Source: Octopus sinensis (lineage: Eukaryota). Taken from it: DNA of 30,260 nt. This document shows positions 20,658 to 30,260 of this stretch, piece by piece. The notes beneath the pieces were generated by a model, which was not told the DNA's origin, made no database searches, and saw nothing but the letters and a program-made list of their open reading frames with translations. Position 1 is the first letter of the stretch. Each line of letters opens with the position of its first letter. The DNA lies in assembly GCF_006345805.1 (NCBI RefSeq), contig NW_021832512.1, positions 1-30,260 on the forward strand, read 5' to 3'. The translations under genes and the position numbers were made by a program.

Positions 20658-21034
20658 ATATTTATATATCGGAGCTGTGAAATACTAGGTATTATTGACA
20701 TGCCCACAATTGATAGCATTATTAATCATTGCTAAAAATAAAAGAAATCATTATTAGGAAACACCAATTAGACTTTGTTGGATTCAAATTCGGATTTAGA
20801 ATTATCGTATTCTACTGTCCACTATGGTCAGAACAACAGTGAACTGTTTAAACACCCTTACAAAGATAAAGGCGAGTAAAGACTCTGTTAAACATTAAAT
20901 AAGAAGCTAAGCCTCTTCGAAAGCACATTGCTATAAAGCTTATCGTATTATCCGGGAAAAAACAAACAGTGATCATTATGTTTCTTCCAGTACCGATCTC
21001 TATTGTTTTAGATATAGAAGTCTGTAACGTATCC

Positions 21035-21192
21035 CTGGCAACCCATCGGTTACGCCGACGAGGGCTCCAGTTGATTCCATCAACAAAACAACCTGCTAGT
21101 AAAATTAACGTGCAAGTGGCTGAGCACTCCGCGGACAAGCGTGCGTTTTATATAGTTCTCAGGGAGATTCAGCATGATACAGAGTGCGACAG
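21035..21192 (-). mobile_element. SINE body fragment, family C-related
   Basis: GGCAACCCATCGGTTACG..AAATTAACGTGCAAGTGGCTGAGCACTCC..GTTCTCAGGGAGATTCAGC is recognised from memory as a cephalopod SINE body. There is no second copy in the window to confirm it. Confidence 0.55.
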
Positions 21193-22052
21193 AAGGGCAG
21201 AAGAAGAAGGGCAGCGCCAATGATCTTTTTTGGAGCCTCCAAGACTGATGGCAGCAAGAGAAGATTTTGTCCAAAGACCAGAGACCAGATCAGAATGCTT
21301 GTAATAGAATGGATTCGGCCAATGACACTCAAGAGCCAAATAGTGATTCTAAGTGGAAAGCATAATCTAGGAGACAAATTATGATTACCATTCAGTTACA
21401 GGATCAATCTCTCCAACAATTTTCCCTCTCAAATTTCACTCACAAAACCTTGGAAGATCCTTGACTATAGTAGAAGACAACCTAAGTTACTCTACAGTGA
21501 AACTACGTATTTTCGAGTTGAGTTTTTTTAACTGTATAGCCATTCATATGCTCGCTTGATACTTCAAGGAATTGTATGTAACTGTAGTTGCTGTAGAAAC
21601 TAATTTGTCATTTTGTCTCATGCGTGTTTACACATCGAGTTCTTGATCGGTCGAGTGCTCTAATTGTTTCCCCAGTCGTCGTTGACAGCTTTTAGGTTCT
21701 TCTTATCCGTCAGCTCCTTGTTGAAAAGTATGATAAAATAAGATAGATATGGGCCAATGATTGTAGTGTATTGGTGAGTCATTTGGATCAATTTTTGTAA
21801 TGCCGTTAAGGATGTTTGTATATAGCAGCAGCACTGACCCAGGGCTGTCTCAGCAGCATCATTGGCTTTCAGGCAAAACAAGACACTGGGTCTTGTCCTA
21901 TAGTATTTATTTATTGAAAGTAAGTCACAGCATACATAAGTGTGAATTGAACCCCTAGACTCGAAACACCCTTGGGCAACTACCCAGCATGCTCATACTT
22001 TAAAATGGCACTGCACTGAACTATATATGTGAGTCATATTTTAATTACGTAG

Positions 22053-22446
22053 ACTCTTTTACTCTTTTTCTTGTTTCAGTCATTTGACTGCGGCCATGCT
22101 GGAGCACCGCCTTTAGTCGAGCAAATCGATCCCAGGACTTATTCTTTGGAAGTCTAGTACTTATTCTATCGGTCTCTTTTGCCGAACCGCTAAATTAAGG
22201 GGACGTAAACACACCAGCATCGGTTGTCAAGCGATGTTGGGGGGATAAACATTTGCACACACATACACATATATACATACATATATACGACGGGCTTCTT
22301 TCAGTTTCCGTCTACCAAATCCACTCGCAAGGCTTTGGTCAGCCCGAGACTATAGCAGAAGACACTTGCCCATGGTGCCACGCAATAGGAATGAACCCGG
22401 AACCATGTGGTTGGTAAGCAAGCTACTTACCACACAGCCACTCCTA
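22053..22446 (-). mobile_element. SINE family A, full length (tRNA head plus CORE-like segment)
   Basis: Reverse complement: AGGAGTGGCTGTGTGG (A box), GGTTCATTCC (B box), CORE-like ACCATGGGCAAGTGTCTT, internal TG/TA microsatellite, tail GACTGAAACAAGAAAAAGAGTAAAAGAG. Confidence 0.93.
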
Positions 22447-22837
22447 AGGCTTTGAAGTGCTGCAACGTTAGCAATATATTTCATGCGAGGTCGCAATAAG
22501 AAATAATCAGATAATATGAGGCTTTGCATTTGTAGAGATTTTATGTGTTGTTCAAGTGTTAAGAAGGTTTGGCACAAAACTGTTCTCTTGCATTGTGTAG
22601 CTTTTGTGCCTTTGTACAGGCTCACGTTGAACTGGATTGTCATATCTCCATTACAGGACGATTACATGATGTCTGTATATAGGAAAGTGTTGAAGACGCC
22701 CGTACGTGGAAGGTTAAATTGGAAAGAAGGTTGTTATTATCTACACCAGTGGTTCTGAACCATTTTTTTTTTGCCTATGGACCCCTTTGATTCCTGTTTT
22801 ATTTCACTGGGCATCCCTGGCCATTTGTTGTACGTTG

Positions 22838-23238
22838 TTCTTCTTTTACTTGTTTCAGTCATTCAACTGCGGCCATACTGGAGCACCGCCTTTAGTCGAA
22901 CAAATCGACCCCAAGATTTATTCTTTGTAAGCCTAGTACTTATTTTATCGATCTCTTTTACCGAGCCGCTAAGTTACGGGGATGTAAACACACCAGCATC
23001 AGTTGTCAAGCGATGCTGGGGCGAGCGGACAAACACACACACACACACACCACACACACACACACTCGCACATATATACGACAGGCTTCTTTCAGTTTCC
23101 GTCTACCAAATCCACTCACAAAGCTTTGGTCGACCCGACGCTATAGTAGAAGATACTTGCCCAAGGTGCCACGCAGTGGGACTGAACTCGGAACGATGTG
23201 GAAGGTAAGCAAGCTATTACCACACAGCTACTTCTGCG

Positions 23239-23241
<3 letters not shown>
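22838..23241 (-). mobile_element. SINE family A, full length
   Basis: Collinear with 22053-22446. Head GGCGCAGAAGTAGCTGTGTGG, B box GAGTTCAGTCCC, CORE-like ACCTTGGGCAAGT. Confidence 0.93.
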
Positions 23242-23294
<53 letters not shown>

Positions 23295-23311
23295 CCATCT
23301 TACTGTATTTC

Positions 23312-23692
23312 TATACTTGTTTCAGTCATTTGACTGCGGCCATGCTGGAGCACCGCCTTTACTCGAATAAATCGACCCCAGGACCTATTCTTTGTAAACT
23401 TAGTACTTATTCTATCGGTCTCCTTTGCCGGACCACTAAGTTACGGGTACGTAAACACACCAACATCGGTTTTCAAGCGATGGTGGGGGGACATACACAT
23501 ATATAAATACAAACACATACACACGCACATGCACACGCACACACATACACGACGGGTTTCTTTCAGTTTCCTCTACCAAATCCACTCACAAACCTTTAGT
23601 CGGCCCGCGGCTATAGTAGAAGACACTTGCCCAAGGTACCATGCAATGGGACTGAACCCGGAACCATGTGTTTTGGAAGCAAGCTTCTTACC
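23312..23692 (-). mobile_element. SINE family A, nearly full length
   Basis: Collinear with the two preceding copies. The A box is lost. Confidence 0.92.
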
Positions 23693-24301
23693 TTACATAA
23701 GGTATATAAAAATTGTTACAATATTTTGTGTTTTGTCGAAGAATAACCAATTAATTGCACATAAATTTTTACAACAAAATCTAATATGGACCCCTTTGGA
23801 CCAAGTGGACCCCTGTTAAAAAGCACAAAAGCGTGTAAGGTTCAATGTAACAGCAAGATATTGATTTACAGAAAGGAAAGTGTGCGAGGCATAAAGAAAA
23901 CCTGGAGTAAATCACAGTTGATAGAATGTGGGCCAAATATTGCTATTGCGCTGTTTGAAAGAAAATTTCCGATCGAAGATATTAAGATCAACGGAACACA
24001 AAGGCGGACAACAGAGCAATAAGGCATTCAAATCAGAACGTTGAATGTTTTACTGATGTTAAGTAAACCACTTTGCTGTCACTAAAATTCACAAGGATTA
24101 AAGACAAGTAGTTAAGTAGTCCCAATGTTTCATATGTTCAGTAGATCTGGATCCATTGAAGTTGTATTGGGGGAGCCACTGAAGAATAATACATCCAGTA
24201 ATAAAGTAGTTGTTTTCAGTTGTTTCATCTACTTCAGAGATGCTTGATTTGAAGGGCGATGGCTCATTAGTTAGTAGGGTCAGGTAGTTCTTTGAAATAT
24301 G

Positions 24302-24361
24302 TCACGTGTTTCCATAGATTATCATGTCTTTCCATAGATCCTCATGTGTTTCTATAGATCA
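24302..24361. repeat. 20 bp minisatellite, 3 copies
   Basis: TCACGTGTTTCCATAGATTA / TCATGTCTTTCCATAGATCC / TCATGTGTTTCTATAGATCA. Confidence 0.85.
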
Positions 24362-24449
24362 TATGATTTTATAGTTTGAGAACTGTTTCCTTATGCTGCA
24401 ACGTATTTCTCATAGATTAAATACGTCAAGGGAAGTACTGTTTTGAACC

Positions 24450-24681
24450 CTTAGTCTCATAGGACCAGTTACCTGGTTTCCATGGCGTATAAGTGATTGA
24501 GATCACAACATTATTTCTGAACGAGACAAAAATCCATAACAGGGTTACTCATTTAAAGCTGACTGGACTGGAGCAACGTAAAATAAAGTGTTTTGCTCAA
24601 GAACAGAACGCACCACCAGGTCCGGGAATCAAAAGCACGATATTGCGATCATGAGTGCAATACAAGACCACGCGTCTGCAC
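24450..24681 (-). mobile_element. Decayed tRNA-derived SINE, family C
   Basis: GCTGACTGGACTGGAGCAACGTAAAATAAAGTGTTTTGCTCAAGAACAGAACG..GTCCGGGAATC..GCGATCATGAGTGCAA is collinear with 10630-10848. Confidence 0.78.
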
Positions 24682-24688
24682 ACTTCCC

Positions 24689-24910
24689 GTGGCAGAAATG
24701 TTAGCACGCTGGGCGAAATGCTCAGCAGTATTTCGTTTGTCGCTACGTTCTGAGTTCAAATTCCGCCGAGGTCGACTTTGCCTTTCATCCTTTCGGGGTC
24801 GATAAATAAAGTACCAGTTACGCACTGGGGTCGATGTAGTTGACTTAATCCCTTTGTCTGTCTTTGTTTGTCCCCTCTATGTTTAGCCCCTTGTGGGCAA
24901 TAAAGAAATA
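24689..24910 (+). mobile_element. SINE family B, head plus one module with the alternative tail
   Basis: TGGCAGAAATGTTAGCACGCTGGGCGAAATG..GAGTTCAAATTCCGCCGAGGTCGACTTTGCCTTTCATCCTTTCGGGGTCGAT..TTTAGCCCCTTGTGGGCAATAAAGAAATA. Confidence 0.92.
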
Positions 24911-24949
24911 TATTATTAGATATTTGCTAAGAGAGAATGAGTGAAGAGT

Positions 24950-25210
24950 TTGACCGATATACGTGAGTTTATTGTGTTAGAATAATAGACAGCAATAGAT
25001 CGTGGCATTATGCACAAGAGTACTATTTACAGAGCTGTATTGGTTGAGGAAGGATGACCTAGCATTGTAAGTCGTACAATACACGGAAGCGTCCTATAGA
25101 TTTGTGGATTTTCGTCTTAGAGGCTTCTGCTACCAGCATCCTTCTAATAAATTAAAAAGAAATCCAGGATTTGGGACGCGCATTCTTGATTTGTTGTGCT
25201 GGAGCCCTCA
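24950..25210 (-). other. Candidate terminal exon of an unknown minus-strand transcript
   Basis: Acceptor CTCTCTCTTCCTTTTCTCAG ends at 25211, followed by unique sequence and AATAAA at 24973-24968. Confidence 0.35.
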
Positions 25211-25575
25211 CTGAGAAAAGGAAGAGAGAGTACATAAATTACAATTAAATGCCAATTAAACCAACTAACTATGATCACCAGGTGAGAACCGGATTGATTG
25301 ACCTATATAGACGAAGAAATAGACTTAAAACCCTGACACCTATACATACTGGCCAACAGCCACGTATCAAACTAGTTGCAGTGGAACTGTGTTAGTGACC
25401 AGGTTGCAGATAGTACGACAAAAATTTTGATGCCAAATAATAAACGTTTAAGTGAAGTTAACAGTTTTTGTGTCTTTTGAATGACCAATATGCAATATGC
25501 GGCTTCACGCTATAATTGCCTTGTATGTATATATATTGTATGTATTTATATGCATGATTAGATGTATGCATGTTT

Positions 25576-25606
<31 letters not shown>

Positions 25607-26054
25607 ATATATTTATTTATTTATTTACATATATGTGTGTGTAAAACAAAGAAAGACAGGTGACACGTCAAAAAGCATTTGAATTTATTAACTTTGTGCA
25701 GGAGCATTTTGCGGAAGCTACTGTTGTAAGCATTCGAACGAACGGCCTGGGGATAATTTTTTCCTTTTTCTCAGCACTGTCAGAGGATATAAAAATATGT
25801 TATGGACGTTGACCTACTCATTACGATTAACCCATGAAAAATTGTAGAGATTTATCTTAGATAACTTTTATATCCTGTCACAGGTTGGTATAGATAAAAT
25901 ATGCAGTGGATGTTTAATCAATAGGTTCACACAACGTACTTTGCGAGACTACCAAACGCTCTCTCTACTACTACTACCGACTACTACTCTTTATACGAGT
26001 TCGGCTATTCCATTCTTCCAATCCCCCAGGGATTGAAGACTCTCGCCACAACAA

Positions 26055-26403
26055 TTACTTTAACGTCGAAGTCCTCGGACTAGCAGAAAATGCAAGCGTC
26101 GTCATTAGGAAATAATAGGCTAAGTTCATTGGACGCCGTATGAGAAGATAATGCCTTGAACACTTGGTGATAGCTAGGTAACTGAAAGAAAGAAGTTTGG
26201 AAAGACAGAGAGAGAGAGAGGGAGAGAGAGAGAGGGAGAGAGAGAGGGGGAGAGAGAGAGAGGGGAGAGAGGAGAGAGAGAGGGAGAGAGAGAGAGAGAG
26301 AAAGTACTCGATGGCCTTACCAGCTGGCCACAGAAAGACTGACCCAATAGCTTAGTTGAGCGTAGGACAAAAAATAGCGGAGGTTGAAATGACGCCAACG
26401 CAT
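26055..26403 (-). CDS. Candidate spliced small ORF (26403-26321 joined to 26181-26055), 69 aa hypothetical protein
   Basis: ACCACCATG start, donor CTG/GTAAGG, a 139 nt CT-rich intron ending TTCTTTCTTTCAG, and a frame that stays open for 41 more codons after splicing. No homology recognised. Confidence 0.3.
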
Positions 26404-26429
26404 GGTGGTAGCAGCGACGGTGAAGGTGG

Positions 26430-26590
26430 GAGAAGAGGAAGAAGAAGAAGAAGAAGAAGAAGAAGAAGAAGAAGAAGAAGAAGAAGAAGAAGAAGAAGAA
26501 GAAGAAGAGGAGGAGGAGGAGGAGGAGGGGGAGGAGGAGGAGGAGGGGAGGAGAAGGAGGAGGAGGGGGAGGAGGAAGAGGAGAAGGAGA
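26430..26590. repeat. (GAA)n-(GAG)n polypurine microsatellite
   Basis: Direct reading. A (GA)n polypurine tract also lies at 26207-26301. Confidence 0.97.
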
Positions 26591-26777
26591 AATTTAATGT
26601 TAATAGCGAAACTTATTTTCGATGTTTTGCATCCCACAACCATGTACTGATTGTCTTTTAAAGACACCGAACTTTTCATTCCTAACTTGACCCTTGAAGA
26701 ATGTCTGTTGAAATGATCATTGTTTTGGTAGACGTCATAAGGATTATAAATCTAACACCCACACATAATTCTTTTGA

Positions 26778-27000
26778 AGTTGTTGTTGTTGTTTTGCTCC
26801 TAGTTAACTCTGATCAAGCAATTATGTGATCCAAGGGACACACTACTTTTTCTTGTAATTTGTTTTGTCTTTTTTTTTTCAGATAGAGTCTCTAACATTT
26901 TATCGATCCTCGATACATATCTGATTGGTCTTTTTTTTAATGACATTATGGTATGATTTAAAGAAGATGTAACTGATATTTCTAGTAAGTGAAACAGCCA
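26778..27000 (-). mobile_element. Decayed family D short repeat with (AAC)n tail
   Basis: (GTT)n, then GCTCCTAGTTAACTCTGATCAAGCA...ACTGATATTTCTAG, the reverse complement of the 1645-1790 copy. Confidence 0.55.
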
Positions 27001-27814
27001 TTCATAGGTTCTTTTCCTTTGATGTTACTATCATCAGTGTACATCATATAATTGTAACAGTATCCGCCATAACGAGCAGAGAATTAGAATTATGCAAACG
27101 GCTTCGGCTCTATTTTCTCAGAGCATGACATCACAATTAGTCTAGAATAAACCCAAATCATCTAACACGCTGCTAGTTTGATGCTTACGTAGATCACAAT
27201 ACTTTTCCAAATGGCTAATATTCATAATCCTCCGTATCTTCGTATAAATTTGGCCCCATGTAGCTTAGCTTGCTTAATAAGAAAATATCATATCGTATTA
27301 GCATAACGTCTGCTTCATTTACTAACGAAAATATGCCAGTTCAACCAGGATGTCATTACGGAAGCCATGTTGAAAGCCCGTATCGTATGCAAACTTACAA
27401 ACTCCGAACAAGCCTTTCTATACTACTGAGAGACTCTGCAATTAAGTGGCATAACATCTCTATAACATTTCTACAAATGATGCATTAAAACATTATTTGA
27501 TATTAAATGACAGCGTCATATCAGTGAAGTGTAATCTATATTTTATTTGATTTTATTTTTCGTTCTCCGATTCGCATTTATATTTGTTATTCGTCAGTTA
27601 GACTCCTCGTAAATGACTGATTGTCAAGAGTTTGAATAAGTTAGGTTTCCTAATGAAATGGAAACCATGCTTCCTGGCGATGCAACAGAAATTAATATAC
27701 CAAATGTTGACAGTAGTCAAATTATATAGAAGAAGGCAGGCGACAAAATTTTCTGTAAATTTTGGTAAATAAAACTGAATATAAAAGGAAAAAAAGGAAA
27801 CGAATTATGATTTA

Positions 27815-28180
27815 TCTTTTATTTGTTTCAGTTGTTGGTCTGTGGCCATGATGGAGCACCACCTTGAAGAGTTTTAGTCGAGCAGATCGACCCCAGTGTT
27901 TATTCTTTTTAAAGTCTCGTACTTTATTCTATCGGCCATTTTTGCTGAACAGTCAAGTTACAAGAACGTAAACAAATTAACATCGGTTGTGCAACGGTGG
28001 AGGGAGTGAAACACACACACACACACACACACGCGCGCGTGCGCGCGCGCGCACACAACCATAGATATACAACAAGCTTTTCACATCTACCGAATTCACA
28101 CAACGCTTTATTCGGCCCACGGCTATAGTGGAAGACACTTGCCCAACGTGTAGAGCAATAGGACTGAACCCGAAACCACA
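27815..28180 (-). mobile_element. SINE family A, diverged
   Basis: TGTGGCCATGATGGAGCACCACC..TAGTCGAGCAGATCGACCCCAG..GGCTATAGTGGAAGACACTTGCCCAA..GGACTGAACCCG. Confidence 0.88.
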
Positions 28181-28567
28181 TATACATTCCAGTGGCTTCT
28201 TTTTTTAAAAAATTCAAACAAAATTTAAATACTATTGATATACTGTTAAATACTGTAGCATCAAACAACACCTAGAAGAAATTGTGCATGGCGACGTAAT
28301 GCGTTAACGACCAAAAGCAACAAGAATATAGGGCAGGCAGACACGATATAATATAATCGATCATCTTATTTAATTTAAAGGAGATATTATATTCCTTTCT
28401 TTGGAAAGGGACATATAATCAATATATAACCACAAGTCGTTAAAACCGAGTTTTTATTTTTAATTGTCTGAGCAATCAACATCCTGAAAATAAAATTTTC
28501 TCTGATACAATAGTTACGCGACATATGTATCTGAACTTGTTTGAATTGAAATAGGTTATAGGTGAAG

Positions 28568-28652
28568 CAATCATCAATCAATCATTCAATCAATCAATTA
28601 ATCAATCAATCAATCAATCAATTAATCGATCAATCAATTAATCGATCAATCA
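28568..28652. repeat. (TCAA)n microsatellite
   Basis: Direct reading. Confidence 0.95.
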
Positions 28653-28774
28653 TATCAGTCATTTCTCTTTCACTGTTAGGTAAGGTCTTTCTCTTATGCA
28701 CCATAACTTTCGCTTTTTATTGCTCGATCTCCAGTTTCTAAAAGAAAAAAAAACGAAACAATAAAATAGAAAAA

Positions 28775-29480
28775 ACATGGAAACACAAACGTCACTCGTG
28801 TGAAGAAAAAGCATCATCGGACCAGCCAAACCCTTCATAATGGATGGTAAAATACTACAGCCCTCAAATTCACTCCAAATGCTTGGCCTCACTTTCATGG
28901 ATGAGTACAACACCTTTAAATCCGTCCGCAACCCAGCGACTAGAACTTCTCTTTAGATCCAGAAGGCACTCTGGCCTTTATTAATTATTTATGTTCGCCA
29001 AGGTTCGCGATGAAATATTGCTCTCACGACCAGAACACCATTGCTGTTATTGTTGTTAAGCAACCAGACGGGTAAGGGTGATTAGGTGATGGTCTAGGGC
29101 TTAGGGGCAGGAGACCCCAGACCTTGGAGAAAAAAAAAACTTTGGTCGTCTTGTAGTCGAGGGCTCTTCGTTGACGCCCGACACAACTGGGAGGTGGCCC
29201 TCGAAGTCGCTGGAAATGGAGATCTCCAGGTCCAGATCCTTGGTGGCATACTGCTGCTGCTGCTGCTACTGCTGCTGCTGCTACTGCTGCACACTCAAAC
29301 ATCCTAGGCTACAACCAGAAAAGGGTCTCCTAAATGAATGACATAAAGTCGTTGACCAATTCGGTCCTGTTTCTGATCCATAGTCGTCTGGAATTCTATT
29401 TCTGCTTATGCCTTTCCCGCAGATGTCGAGCCGCAAAAGTTTAAACTGAGCATTAATGACGTCAATCTCCCAAGTCTGCG
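28775..29480 (+). mobile_element. Highly decayed CR1/L2-group LINE RT C-terminal fragment, interrupted at ~29047-29289
   Basis: PFIMDGKILQPSNSLQMLGLTF, QRLELLFRSRR, AKVR..MKYCSH, then after the insertion QKRVS..IKSLTNSVLFLIHSR. This fits the L.LLGLT..QRLGLLFR..YKAQVRPxMEYCSH..IQKRA..LxHRR thumb/C-terminal pattern. Confidence 0.65.
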
Positions 29481-29482
29481 AG

Positions 29483-29521
29483 GAGAGTGCTCATAAGCTA
29501 CGAAAGCCTATGAGCACTCTC
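29483..29521. repeat. Perfect 13 bp hairpin
   Basis: GAGAGTGCTCATA (29483-29495) / TATGAGCACTCTC (29509-29521), with an inner GCT/AGC stem. Confidence 0.9.
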
Positions 29522-29999
29522 TCTTCCTCTGGACATAACAAGAAAAAGATATTCAGTTTCTGATAAATATTGAGTTCTGATCGTTGTTTAACTCCGTGGA
29601 CGTTCTAGCTTTGACCAACTCTTACATTTATACATCCGACATCTTTCAGTGCACCCATCCTTTTAAAGACTGCGAGACATGCAGAAGTTGAGGAAATTTA
29701 ACTGGTTCATGGCCGACATAGGGTTTAAAGAACAGCAACATCATAACATCTAGCTTGCTGTAAGGCGCCTGCTGCCCCTTGTTGGCTGTGTTATGCGAAG
29801 GATGGATCTTCGAACCCTTATACATGACAGGCACCTAATAAAGGGTGTACTTGAAAGCCTTTCCTGGGGGAAAGATTCTTACGCGGAGAATTATGAACCC
29901 TTTCCAAATGCTCTTCTCTTACCAGATTGTTGGCATTGACCGAGACGAAAACATTCCTGAACTCTCTCTCTCTCTCTCTCTCCTCTCTCTCCCTCTCCT

Positions 30000-30061
<62 letters not shown>

Positions 30062-30065
<4 letters not shown>

Positions 30066-30260
30066 TTAGGGGGAATTCACGAAAAAAAAACAAAAACAAA
30101 AGACGAAGACAGGTGGTGTAGAAAACAAACAGATGTATTAGTATAACGCTCGGGAATTGAAAAAGTCTTTAACGTTTCGAGCCTACGCTCTTCCACAGAA
30201 GGAACACAGAAAGAAACAAGGAGAGAAAAAAATGTGTGTAGTGGCTAGTGATCTATCATA
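30062..30260 (-). mobile_element. PLE pLTR-like repeat containing a variant hammerhead motif (30167-30202)
   Basis: Minus strand reads cctt CTGTGGA A GAGC gtag GCTC GAAA CG TT aaag. It abuts (TA)n, and a partial second copy lies at 20590-20657. Confidence 0.6.

Larger units (their letters stand above)
22747..23828 (+). mobile_element. Decayed hAT-like MITE interrupted by two SINEs
   Basis: Left end CAGTGGTTCTGAACC is a hAT/Charlie-type TIR. Subterminal TGGACCCC repeats occur at ~22778, ~23787 and ~23806. The right end TGTTAAAAAGCAC is degenerate, and no 8 bp TSD is visible. Confidence 0.45.

Noticed and set aside
21184-21384. 66 aa ORF faintly like a piggyBac cysteine-rich C-terminus (KRRFCPKTRD)
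   Set aside because: Most required Cys/His residues are absent, and no TTAA/TIR evidence was seen.
22380-22446. tRNA-like A and B boxes
   Set aside because: They are SINE heads. No complete cloverleaf can be drawn, so no tRNA gene is called.
26356-26679. Poly-E, poly-R and poly-S ORFs
   Set aside because: Products of the (GAA)/(GAG) microsatellite. Only the downstream ATG-initiated spliced frame was retained as a candidate.
27555-27600. Minus-strand CTGACGA ... GAAA
   Set aside because: No stem II or stem III complementarity, so likely a chance match.
29646-29960. Unique-looking segment with short ORFs on both strands
   Set aside because: No recognisable motif and no consistent splice-site pair, so it cannot be assigned.

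Overview
AT-rich, repeat-dense eukaryotic (animal) DNA. The SINE families and microsatellite load point to an octopod cephalopod; this is inferred from recognised repeat types, not from a search. No intact, recognisable protein-coding gene is present, and most ORFs in the track are microsatellite artefacts. The window holds many tRNA-derived SINEs of at least three families and decayed LINEs (a 2 kb CR1 remnant, a second CR1 3' end, Tx1-like, RTE and CR1/L2-group fragments). It also holds non-autonomous DNA elements (mariner derivative, Helitron, Helentron-like, palindromic MITE, hAT-like) and several Penelope-like element (PLE) remnants, including a GIY-YIG C-terminus. The most notable signal is a dispersed set of minimal type I hammerhead ribozyme motifs. 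The best is at 2627-2680 (minus); others lie at 17742-17847, 30167-30202, 5671-5750 and inside a 408 bp inverted repeat at 5941-6348. There are also splice-signal-defined candidate exons: a minus-strand 2-3 exon small ORF at 24950-26403 and a plus-strand micro-exon at 3488-3540. SINE and LINE boundaries are approximate.
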